From positions 248,001 to 312,000 of the forward strand of contig CAXBME010000004.1 of assembly GCA_963976765.1 (NCBI GenBank): a stretch of DNA of 64,000 bases. The letters run 5' to 3'. Numbering within the stretch: position 1 is the first letter of the stretch; each line of letters begins with the position of its first letter. This document shows, one piece after another, positions 47,809 to 56,529 of the stretch. Position numbers and translations under genes: made by a program. The notes under the pieces were generated by a model. It saw nothing but the letters and a program-made list of their open reading frames with translations, had not been told where the DNA came from and ran no database searches. This stretch comes from an uncultured Planctomycetaceae bacterium (GTDB taxonomy: Bacteria > Planctomycetota > Planctomycetia > Planctomycetales > Planctomycetaceae).

Positions 47809-49719
47809 TCAGACATTCTGTGCCGAGCGTTGATCGGGACGAACCCAGACCGCTGCCAGCTGTGCCGTCGTTGACATCGCGATTGCCCAAAGCACGGCCC
47901 ACTCGGCGGGAAACTGAGTCGTCAGAGACAGAAGCCAGGCGGCTGCGGCGGTCCAGAAAACTGACATGACCCGAATTCGATGAGGCCGGTAAGAATCGAC
48001 GTGGAACCACCATCGGCGAACGACCATCAGTGCAGCGAAGAAGACGACGTAGCCGATAAGTCGCGATGCGTCTCCGTAGCTCAACGAAACCGGAACAAAC
48101 TGCTGGTTGGCGAGTTGCGTCGCGACTGGATCCATGACACCTCGGACAGGAAGGTCGACCATCAATGAATCGTCGACGCCAAAGGCGGCAACACCGACTG
48201 CCGCTCCCAGCAGGCCGGTCATCATGCGTCGAAGGAAACCATCGCCGCCGCGACCTTCCCACAATTTGGCAGGAAGGATTGCTGCCCACGCTCCAAGTGC
48301 AGTCACAATTGCAAAGAGTGTCGCTTCAGTCGGTGTGTCGAGAGCAGTCTGCGTGGTAAACAGTGCGAACGCGATTGCCGCCGAACAGAACGCGGCCACG
48401 GCCATTGAGCCTGTTGACTCAGCGACTCGGTCGAGCATTCCAAGCTGACGTTCGCTTTCGGCGGACTCGTAACGCACATAGCGGCTGTTGAGTCTGACGC
48501 CCCGATTGTGAGCATACCGAATGTTTGGCTCGTCACCCGAGAACGCATTCAACGTCCACCTGACCAGGCCGAAGGCCCCGGCTGCAAACGCCAGCAGGAT
48601 CAACAGCGGACTCGCGAGGAGCACCATCGGAATTCCGATGCCGACGATGAACGGCGAGGCAAAGATGATCGCCAGAATTCCCGCCGCGATGATCCACCAG
48701 TTGCCCGGTCGCTGAAACCATTCTGCTTTTTCCTGCCAGTGCCTTTGTTTGGCATCGTAAAGTTCGGCCAGTCGACGATTTTCAGACTGGTTGAGCCGCT
48801 CCCCGCGGGTTGGTTCATCCTGATAGGTCGCGTGAACGGCTTCAGGAATCGGTGGTGGTGGTACTGCCGAAGTAGTGCCATGCAAGGCTGCCGAAAACTC
48901 CCGAGCAAGCTGCGTGGCCGAGTGAGTTCGCTTCTCCGGATCCTTGGCGAGAGCCCGTTCGAGAATCGGACGAATTGCATGAGGAAGCGAACTGAGGTCC
49001 GGCTCGGCGGACAGTTGCTTCATTAGAATTTCGCCGGTTGATTCGCCGTCGAATGGAACGTTGCCAGTCAGCATTTCGTAGAGCATGACCCCAATCGCGT
49101 AGACATCGACTTCTTTGCCGTAACGACCGTGAGCAATTTCCGGAGCCATGTAATAGACCGTGCCGACGCTTTGAGTCTGTGCACTGCGGCGGCTTTCGGA
49201 GATAAACTTCGCGAGGCCGACATCACCAATCTTGATGACGCCGTTTTCGAGATAGATGTTGGCTGGCTTGAGATCGCGATGAACAATGCCTCGTTCGTGC
49301 AGGTACTCGGCTCCCGCAGCAATTTGCGTCAGGATCTCTTCAACTTTCTGGTGATCCATGCCGTTGGGTTTTTCAGCGATCACTTCGCCCAGTGTTCGGC
49401 CAGCGACGTATTCCATGATGACGAACTGTTCGCCAGCAGCTGACTCCTTAACGTCGAAAATGCTGAGCAGGTTTGAGTGTTTCAGATTCAGACATTGAGC
49501 GATTCCGCGCAGCTCGACGTCCGCATTCGACTGAAGCAGCTTCAGAGCGACTTCTTTGCCGCCGTCACTCAGCGCGTAGTAGACCTCTCCAAATCCACCT
49601 CGCTGGATCGCGCGTTTGATCGTGTAGCCGTCGAGCGGCTTTGATTCCGGTTCATATCTGAAGTTCATCGAACCACCGCCCTTTCGCGGGCCTTGCCTGA
49701 GGTCGATTGTTGTATTCAT
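47809..49719 (-). CDS. Hanks-type Ser/Thr protein kinase with multi-pass membrane C-terminus
   Basis: RGGFGEVY, VALK, HRDLKPAN, DVGL, GTVYYMAPE, DVYAIG; about 8 TM; alternative start 49668. Confidence 0.93.
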   Translation of the reverse strand: MNTTIDLRQGPRKGGGSMNFRYEPESKPLDGYTIKRAIQRGGFGEVYYALSDGGKEVALKLLQSNADVELRGIAQCLNLKHSNLLSIFDVKESAAGEQFVIMEYVAGRTLGEVIAEKPNGMDHQKVEEILTQIAAGAEYLHERGIVHRDLKPANIYLENGVIKIGDVGLAKFISESRRSAQTQSVGTVYYMAPEIAHGRYGKEVDVYAIGVMLYEMLTGNVPFDGESTGEILMKQLSAEPDLSSLPHAIRPILERALAKDPEKRTHSATQLAREFSAALHGTTSAVPPPPIPEAVHATYQDEPTRGERLNQSENRRLAELYDAKQRHWQEKAEWFQRPGNWWIIAAGILAIIFASPFIVGIGIPMVLLASPLLILLAFAAGAFGLVRWTLNAFSGDEPNIRYAHNRGVRLNSRYVRYESAESERQLGMLDRVAESTGSMAVAAFCSAAIAFALFTTQTALDTPTEATLFAIVTALGAWAAILPAKLWEGRGGDGFLRRMMTGLLGAAVGVAAFGVDDSLMVDLPVRGVMDPVATQLANQQFVPVSLSYGDASRLIGYVVFFAALMVVRRWWFHVDSYRPHRIRVMSVFWTAAAAWLLSLTTQFPAEWAVLWAIAMSTTAQLAAVWVRPDQRSAQNV

Positions 49720-49838
49720 TGTTAACCGTCTTGAGGCTTCAAACGAGTCATCACTAACTGGATTGGCTTTGCCGGGCGCCGATCTTGAACATCCCGGGGT
49801 GACTCCTCAAACGTTGTTTCTGGTGTTCGGACTTCCGC

Positions 49839-50570
49839 CTAAATCAATGGTTCAAGGCGAAAACGAAAGGCATCGCCGCTTACCACCTGACCATTTGAAA
49901 TGAGATCAGTCGCCCCTGCTTTGCGACCACCAATCTGCAAATCCTGTTTTGACTTCGCCACAATGCCCGCCGACGTCTGCACCAGCACGACTGACTCTGG
50001 CCAGTTTCGGCAGAGAATGTGATCACTCGCCGATGGTCCAAGCAGGCACGTTTCTGCCATCAGGATCACACCATCAACGGAAGTGCGAGGTCGATGCTCG
50101 CTCGCAAATGTCATCTTCGCCGTCGCACTCAGTGGCGTCGGAATCGAAAACGAAAGTCGAACGGAGTCCCCGAGCGTGATCTCGCAATTGTCCGGCAGAA
50201 CGGTGTCGTAAGAAACCGGTCGACTTTGAATCTGCACGGAAGACTTTGGTTTCAGAATGTAGTTTTCGTCGACTCGCTGGATGCTGGCATGATCCCGTGA
50301 GATGTTGGCCACTAACGAGATGTCGGCTTCCTGCTCACTTGAAGACGCTTTCAGAAGCGGGCTTACGTTTCCATTAACTCGCCCCAGAGAAATCGATGAA
50401 CCGGTCAGCATCAACCACGCTCCGACACCATCGATCCAGGCGACGTATCGATCAGTTGCCGACCGACTTCCTGTGGGAACTTCGTTGGATGCCGGACTGA
50501 AGAACGAGCTGATCATGGCACCGTTTCCCTCACGAAGGAACGTCCGAAGCGGACCGGCAGTCTGCTTCAT
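49839..50570 (-). CDS. FHA domain protein
   Basis: LGR...ADI...NISRDHASI FHA signature, followed by a second degenerate FHA-like half. Confidence 0.75.
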   Translation of the reverse strand: MKQTAGPLRTFLREGNGAMISSFFSPASNEVPTGSRSATDRYVAWIDGVGAWLMLTGSSISLGRVNGNVSPLLKASSSEQEADISLVANISRDHASIQRVDENYILKPKSSVQIQSRPVSYDTVLPDNCEITLGDSVRLSFSIPTPLSATAKMTFASEHRPRTSVDGVILMAETCLLGPSASDHILCRNWPESVVLVQTSAGIVAKSKQDLQIGGRKAGATDLISNGQVVSGDAFRFRLEPLI

Positions 50571-50633
50571 GCAGCCTGCCGATCCGGATGAGCAACACAG
50601 TCATTAAGGAGTCAGAAAAACAGGAGTCGCTTC

Positions 50634-51443
50634 TCAGTTCGTCGAAGCGGTATCTTCAAACGGTGCTTCGTTTCCGAAGTAAGCATCCACCGAATCGACG
50701 ACGCTCTTTGAAGACTCTTCCGTTTCGACCGGGATCAGGTCGGTGTCTTTGCCTTCCAGCGAAAGTTCCCGCTCCCGAACGTCAACCTTGGCATCAAGAC
50801 TGTCGAGAAGGTTCTTCACGTTCGAAAGCCTGGAATCGTCGAATTGGGATTCGGCGACCGTCTCAGCCGCTTTCAAAGCACTGACGCGAGCTTCGAGTTC
50901 TTCAATCTGCAACCGCAGTTCTTCGCGAGCCCCCAGAAGCTTTTCAACTTTGCTCTCATTCGCAACGACAGCCTGACGTTTCGCTTCGAGCACTTTCGCT
51001 TCTGACTTGAAGGTTTGTTCGAGAGTCTTGAATCGATCGAATCGTTTTCCAAGGTCTTCTTCCAGCTCAGCTTTTGAATAGCTGACATCGTTGACCAGGA
51101 ACGTCGTCTTCTGCGACTTCAATTGCTCATTTCGTGCCATAATCTCCGTACGACTTTTCGTCACAGTTCCCTGCTTCTCGTCAAGCCGGGCCTGCAGATG
51201 TTCGACTTCGACCTGAGATTCGGCCACGGCATGCTTCATCCTGCGAATTTCCGGCTCCAGCTCGTTGTCGAGCATGTCCTTGGCTCGTTTGAGCTGGAAC
51301 TCGATCGGGATGGCGTCTTCGACGGCGTCTGTGACTTCATTTTTCGCAGTGCGAACGTAGCTGACCCACGACGTACCGAGAACAAGTGTGCCGAGTGCCA
51401 GGGCACTGACTCCACCAACGATTGCGGTTTTCAGTGAAACCAT
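50634..51443 (-). CDS. Coiled-coil protein with N-terminal hydrophobic segment, PspA/IM30-like
   Basis: AAGGAG RBS; all-helical heptad pattern with a PspA-like layout (inference). Confidence 0.7.
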   Translation of the reverse strand: MVSLKTAIVGGVSALALGTLVLGTSWVSYVRTAKNEVTDAVEDAIPIEFQLKRAKDMLDNELEPEIRRMKHAVAESQVEVEHLQARLDEKQGTVTKSRTEIMARNEQLKSQKTTFLVNDVSYSKAELEEDLGKRFDRFKTLEQTFKSEAKVLEAKRQAVVANESKVEKLLGAREELRLQIEELEARVSALKAAETVAESQFDDSRLSNVKNLLDSLDAKVDVRERELSLEGKDTDLIPVETEESSKSVVDSVDAYFGNEAPFEDTASTN

Positions 51444-51734
51444 GACTGTGTCTCCTTGATTCAATTCCCAATTAAAAACTGGACTCATTTGCCCGCTGGC
51501 AAGTCTTGCTGAACGAGCATCGCTCGATGCAGATCAAAGTTCTGAAATGTAGTTCGCCGGTCGTCGCAGAATATTGGCTGAGCCTGGCGAATATTTCTGA
51601 ATTTTTAAAACGGCTGGTCTGTAAGGAGCCTGCAACTCGCCAATTCCGCCGAAAAAGACTGCATTCGAAAAAAAAGACGACCAGAAGCTGGCCGTCTTGA
51701 GCAGCAAGACAGAGACGGAATCAACCACCGAGCT

Positions 51735-52460
51735 TTACTTTGCCGGAGCGACATAGCCGGAAAGCTGAATGTCGATATTGCCCTGGTTTTTGTTTCCAGC
51801 CGGAGCGTTCACTCCAATGAAAAGCAGGCCGCTTTCTTTGGGAGTGATTTCTTTGCCGTCGCCAATCTCGATGGGCTGGCCGGGCTTTCCGGGTTTGCCT
51901 CGATCGTTCAGCGGAATCACGATTGCCATGAGCGCGCCGCTGGGAATTCCTTTTGTCATCTGTCGAAGTGGATCGCCGGACGGAATGCCGGTCGGGCCGA
52001 CGGTCTCCTGCACGACAAATCTGTACGTCCCTTTCGCAGCGACGCGGAACTTCTTTCCCTGCTCGACGCGAGCGACCGCTTCGCCCCAGCCCTTTGCACT
52101 GTCGATCGAGAACTCGTAGGGATTTGCCGAAAGGATCGTTTCTTCGATGGTGTCCAGCTTTTCCTTCACTCCAGCAATGCTGCTGTCGACTCGCTGGACT
52201 GTTTTAAGCAGATCTTTCGCTTTCTCCAGCAGACCGGCCTCTTCATAGTCTTTTGCGAGTTGTGCCGTGTCCCGCAGGAATTGCTCACGAGCCTTCTTCT
52301 CCCGTAGTTCCAATGCCCGCATGGCCGCGACGCTGGGTGGTTTGATGGCCGGCTTTTTGCCTTGCCCGAAGAGTTCTGAGCTGGAACCTGGTCCGACCAG
52401 CACGATCGCAAGTACGAGACCTGATGCGACGACTCCGCTATAAACAAATGAGCGTTTCAC
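51735..52460 (-). CDS. Secreted hypothetical protein
   Basis: Signal peptide, helical N-domain and beta-rich C-domain. Confidence 0.75.
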   Translation of the reverse strand: MKRSFVYSGVVASGLVLAIVLVGPGSSSELFGQGKKPAIKPPSVAAMRALELREKKAREQFLRDTAQLAKDYEEAGLLEKAKDLLKTVQRVDSSIAGVKEKLDTIEETILSANPYEFSIDSAKGWGEAVARVEQGKKFRVAAKGTYRFVVQETVGPTGIPSGDPLRQMTKGIPSGALMAIVIPLNDRGKPGKPGQPIEIGDGKEITPKESGLLFIGVNAPAGNKNQGNIDIQLSGYVAPAK

Positions 52461-52701
52461 CTGACTTCTCCGAACTGCAAAGAACCCGCAAAAACGACCG
52501 GCGCCAGCGACGCTCGGCTTCCAGACAAACTCTAACCCTGTGTGCGGGAGCCAGCAACGAGGGATGTGTCATCGTCGCGACTCTGTCAAGCATTCGCAGG
52601 TCATGACAATCCAAACACCGGCATGGCAGAAGCAATACCGAAATCCCCAGATTACGGCACGCCAGCATTGCGTTCGACATGTCCTGCGGCTTCGACTTCC
52701 G

Positions 52702-53073
52702 CTACTGAGCAGACGCAACGTCCGGGCGGAGGCGTTTGGCTTCGCGGAGGTAGACGTGGACGATGTCGCCCTGCTTTTTGTCCGTGTTCCAGTGGAGCAG
52801 GACACGGATGCAGCGTGGCATGGAGCCCGGAACGGCGATTTCAGAAGCACACAGCAGCGGTACCTGGCTCATGCCGATGGCTCGTGCAGCTTCGGCGGGG
52901 AAGGTTGACGTCAGGTCTGGAGAAGTTGTGAAAATAATCGAGCCAACTTCGCCGAAGTCGCTGATTCCATTGGCACGAAGTAGCTCTTCCAGCATTTCCC
53001 GAGTTGCCTCGTGAATTTCGGCTGGCACATCGTTTTCGACCGTCGTTGCTCCCCGGATTCCCCGAACGCCCAT
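52702..53073 (-). CDS. aroH: Chorismate mutase, AroH class
   Basis: [45 protein letters not shown]. Confidence 0.95.
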   Translation of the reverse strand: MGVRGIRGATTVENDVPAEIHEATREMLEELLRANGISDFGEVGSIIFTTSPDLTSTFPAEAARAIGMSQVPLLCASEIAVPGSMPRCIRVLLHWNTDKKQGDIVHVYLREAKRLRPDVASAQ

Positions 53074-53319
53074 TTTCCGCCCAATTCGCTGTTTGTTGAT
53101 GAGTCCTGCAGAGGGATCTCTGCGTCGCCGACTGTCGCTGCCTTTGGCACAAACCGCCACTTCGCCGACTGGCTCGAATGGTAAACACGTCTTGATCGAT
53201 TTTGGAAGTATGGGCTACAAACACGCGTCCGTCGGCAGCGGCATGGAAATCGTGCTCGAATTCCCTGACGACGGAGCTGAATTCAACAAGGATTGACTGC
53301 CGTCAGGAAGGACCCGCGC

Positions 53320-54402
53320 ATGGATGCGACAGTGGGGGCACTGGCCGCCAGTTTGGGCGGTGAGGTAATCGGTGATTCCGATCGAACCGTCGAGAACGCG
53401 CTGGCGCTGGCAAAGGCCGGCGCGGATTGCATCACGTTTCTGGCCGACGAGGTTAAGACACGAGAGCTTTCCAATGCTGACGCAGCTGCCATTTTCGTCA
53501 GCCGGGCGAGACTTGAAGAGCTGACTGACGAGCTTCGCACAAAACACACCTTTATCGTCGTTGACGACGCGCTGGACGCGTTCATCGGGACGCTCAGGCA
53601 GTTTCGCAGCGATCGCCCACGATCGACAATTGGCATTTCACCGCAAGCAGTTGTGGCTGAATCGGCGACACTCGGCGAAGACGTAAACGTCTTTCCCGGA
53701 GCGTTCATCGGCGAAGACGTTGTCATCGGCTCGGGGTGCGACATTTACCCAGGAGCGTACATCGGCGACGGCACGAAACTGGGTGACAATGTTACGATTC
53801 ACGCCAACGCGGTCGTCTACTTCGACGTGACGATCGGAAATCGAGTCATCATTCACGCCGGCGCCGTCATCGGAGCCGACGGCTTCGGTTATCGATTCCG
53901 CAGCGGTCGTTTCGAAAAGATCCCGCAGCTTGGAACGGTCGAAATTCACGACGACGTCGAAATCGGAGCTAACACAACGATTGACCGTGGCATGATCGGG
54001 CCAACGATCATCGCAGAAGGTACAAAGCTCGATAACCTCGTCATGATCGCTCACAACTGCGAAATCGGTAAGCACAACGCATTTGCCTCACAGGTCGGTG
54101 TTGCTGGTTCATCCACCACCGGAGACTACGTCCGCGCTGGCGGGCAGGTTGGCATTGGCGACCATCTTAAAATTGGTGCCGGTGCTTCGCTGGCAGCAAG
54201 TTCGGGACATCATAAAGACGTTCCTGCCGGTGAGACATGGGCCGGCGCTCCGGCTCGACGTATCGACGAGACGATCAAAATTATGATGACTCTGAACAAG
54301 CTTCCCGAGATGCGATCAACAGTTAAGACACTTCAGAAACAGGTCAAGGTACTCACCACAGAGCTTGAAAAACTCAATTCGGATCAGTCCGCAGCAGCCT
54401 GA
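53320..54402 (+). CDS. lpxD: UDP-3-O-acylglucosamine N-acyltransferase
   Basis: Hexapeptide repeats, IGADGFGY, KIPQLG, IGANTTIDRG, KLDNLVMIAHNC; start 53320 or 53293. Confidence 0.95.
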   Translation: MDATVGALAASLGGEVIGDSDRTVENALALAKAGADCITFLADEVKTRELSNADAAAIFVSRARLEELTDELRTKHTFIVVDDALDAFIGTLRQFRSDRPRSTIGISPQAVVAESATLGEDVNVFPGAFIGEDVVIGSGCDIYPGAYIGDGTKLGDNVTIHANAVVYFDVTIGNRVIIHAGAVIGADGFGYRFRSGRFEKIPQLGTVEIHDDVEIGANTTIDRGMIGPTIIAEGTKLDNLVMIAHNCEIGKHNAFASQVGVAGSSTTGDYVRAGGQVGIGDHLKIGAGASLAASSGHHKDVPAGETWAGAPARRIDETIKIMMTLNKLPEMRSTVKTLQKQVKVLTTELEKLNSDQSAAA

Positions 54403-54516
54403 CGCCAGTCGGCCTGGTCAGCGACTCCACTTCCCACCGTGCCGCAACGGCGCATCAGCAATCCTGCAACAACAAGTCAATTCCGCTGCAACGGCGGAGC
54501 AGACAATCCTGCAACA

Positions 54517-55413
54517 ATGCACGTACTTTCTCTCGACAACAAACTGAAACCTGGCGAGCGGATCGGGCTGATTGCCGGCGCTGGCCGATTTCCCATCATC
54601 TTCGCCGAAGCTGCACGCGCACAAGGTCTCAGTGTGCACGGAGTCGGCATTCAGGGAATGGTCGACGACGAACTGGAATCTCTGTGCGACACCTGGGATT
54701 CCTTCCCGATCTGCAAAGTCGGGCGAGCGATTCGATCCTGCCTGCGAAACGACGCTCACCATGCGGTCATGGCCGGCAAGGTTGAGAAAGTTGAACTGTT
54801 CGCACCCGGTCGCTTCTGGAATTTCGTGCCGGACTGGCGAGCAGTTCACATGCTCTGGTCGTACGTTTTTACGAAGGACCGACGGGACGACACCATTCTG
54901 CTGGCGGTGATTCGCGAATTTGAAAGAGACAACATTACATTCGGATCAGCCCTCGAATACTGCCCGGAGTTACTCGTGGAACACGGATTTCTGACACGGC
55001 GTAAACCGTCCCCAACTCAATGGCGAGACATTCGGTTTGGATGGGACATTGCCAAGCAGATGGGAGGTCTGGACATCGGCCAGTCGATCGTTGTGAACGA
55101 CATGGCTGTCATCGCCGTCGAAGCCATCGAAGGGACGGACCGTTGCATCGAACGAGCCGGTAAACTCTGTCGCCGAGCTGCGTCGACCGTCGTTAAAGTC
55201 GCGAAGCCTCAACAGGACATGCGATTCGACGTGCCGACGATCGGCGTCAAAACGATTCAGACCATGCACGAAGCCGGCTGCCGCTGTCTGGCTGTCGAAA
55301 GCGGCATGACCATCATGCTCGACCAGGAAGACGTGCTCGCTTTGGCCGACAAACTCGGCATCGCCGTGGTTTCGCTGAACGCCGAAGAGCTGCAACTGAA
55401 AGCCGCCTCGTAA
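54517..55413 (+). CDS. lpxI: UDP-2,3-diacylglucosamine diphosphatase LpxI
   Basis: GLIAGAGRFP, DIGQSIVV, AVEAIEGTD, KPQQDMRFDVPTIG; start uncertain. Confidence 0.92.
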   Translation: MHVLSLDNKLKPGERIGLIAGAGRFPIIFAEAARAQGLSVHGVGIQGMVDDELESLCDTWDSFPICKVGRAIRSCLRNDAHHAVMAGKVEKVELFAPGRFWNFVPDWRAVHMLWSYVFTKDRRDDTILLAVIREFERDNITFGSALEYCPELLVEHGFLTRRKPSPTQWRDIRFGWDIAKQMGGLDIGQSIVVNDMAVIAVEAIEGTDRCIERAGKLCRRAASTVVKVAKPQQDMRFDVPTIGVKTIQTMHEAGCRCLAVESGMTIMLDQEDVLALADKLGIAVVSLNAEELQLKAAS

Positions 55414-55424
55414 GTTCAGTAACC

Positions 55425-55449
55425 GTATGTCAGGCTCTGCCTGACCTAC
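55425..55449 (-). repeat. GTAG-type REP singlet
   Basis: Minus strand GTAGGTCAGGCAGAGCCTGAC (GTAG + palindrome); contains the TAG stop of the methyltransferase. Confidence 0.7.
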
Positions 55450-56309
55450 ACCGGCGGGCTCAGGCGGGCAATCATGATGGCGGCGGCGACGGACGCATTG
55501 AGCGAAGTCACGTCGCCTTGAGGCGGGATGCCGCAGACGACGTCGCAATTGTCGAGCGTGAGACGGCGCAGCCCTTTTTCTTCGTTGCCAATGACCAGCA
55601 GCCATTGGCGATCGGCCAGAACGTCGACGTACGAAGTGGCTTCGTGCTCGGACGTGCCCAGGAGCCACAGCCCGGCTTTCTTTGCCGTCTCAAGCGAACG
55701 TGCCAGATTCGGCACCAGGCAGAACGGCACACTTTCGACGCCTCCGGCCGCGACATCGTAGACGGTCGCGGTCATTGGAGCGGAGCGGTCTTTGGTCAGC
55801 AGAATCCCTTTTACGCCGAAAAACGCTGCCGTGCGAAAGATGGCTCCAACGTTGTGCGGATCCTGCAGGCAGTCCAGCGCGAGCCACAGGCCGGCGGCGT
55901 TCTGATCGGAGTCCTCGGCGGCGCTGAGCAGTTTTTCGGGCTTCTGAATCCCCGGATGATCACAGACCATCGCCGTCGCGATGCCGACCCGCTCACTCTT
56001 GCCCTGCGTTTTCTTACCTCGCCGGGAGCCCGCATCGACCTGCTGGGCAACGACCGAGATTCCCCGACGCCGCGCCACGTCCGCAATGTCTGCCCAGACT
56101 CCGTAAGGCTTCCCGGCAGGAACTCGGATTTCCCGAACATCATCTGGTCGATGTTTCAGAGCCGCCAGGACGCTGTGAGGATTTCGCAGTTCAAGCACGA
56201 GAAGATTCTTTCGTTGAGTTCGGACGATCGGCGACAGCATCACGTTCGACGGAGTTTGACGACTGTCATCCCGAGTGGCTGAGTTACTTCGATATTCCTT
56301 TGTCGTCAT
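55446..56309 (-). CDS. SpoU/TrmH-family RNA 2'-O-methyltransferase (RlmB-like)
   Basis: DCLQDPHNVGAIFRTA, VIGNEEKGL, SLNASVAA; the real start may be GTG 56198. Confidence 0.9.
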   Translation of the reverse strand: MTTKEYRSNSATRDDSRQTPSNVMLSPIVRTQRKNLLVLELRNPHSVLAALKHRPDDVREIRVPAGKPYGVWADIADVARRRGISVVAQQVDAGSRRGKKTQGKSERVGIATAMVCDHPGIQKPEKLLSAAEDSDQNAAGLWLALDCLQDPHNVGAIFRTAAFFGVKGILLTKDRSAPMTATVYDVAAGGVESVPFCLVPNLARSLETAKKAGLWLLGTSEHEATSYVDVLADRQWLLVIGNEEKGLRRLTLDNCDVVCGIPPQGDVTSLNASVAAAIMIARLSPPV

Positions 56310-56529
56310 GCTGCGAGGCCGGGATCAACCTTGATGATGCAACTGACGGACGGATATTGTCCTCCCGCCCGGCAAGCGGCAATCGACACAACGGCTGCTT
56401 GCAAAAGTCTTTCAGAAAGATTTTCGCGAGCCTGTCGCGGATCATCGGGTGAAATCAGGGGTTTCTCCTGGATTGTGACAGACCAGCCATACTGGAAATA
56501 TCGTCGATTGGAACGGATGAGGCTCTGCG

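Noticed and set aside
49745..51600. Shared ECF promoter motif upstream of the kinase and PspA-like genes
   Set aside because: The similarity by eye is weak and cannot be told apart from chance without orthologue alignment.
54459..54517. Direct repeat CAATCCTGCAACAA (two copies) between lpxD and lpxI
   Set aside because: There are only two copies, consistent with a small local duplication, and no function can be supported.
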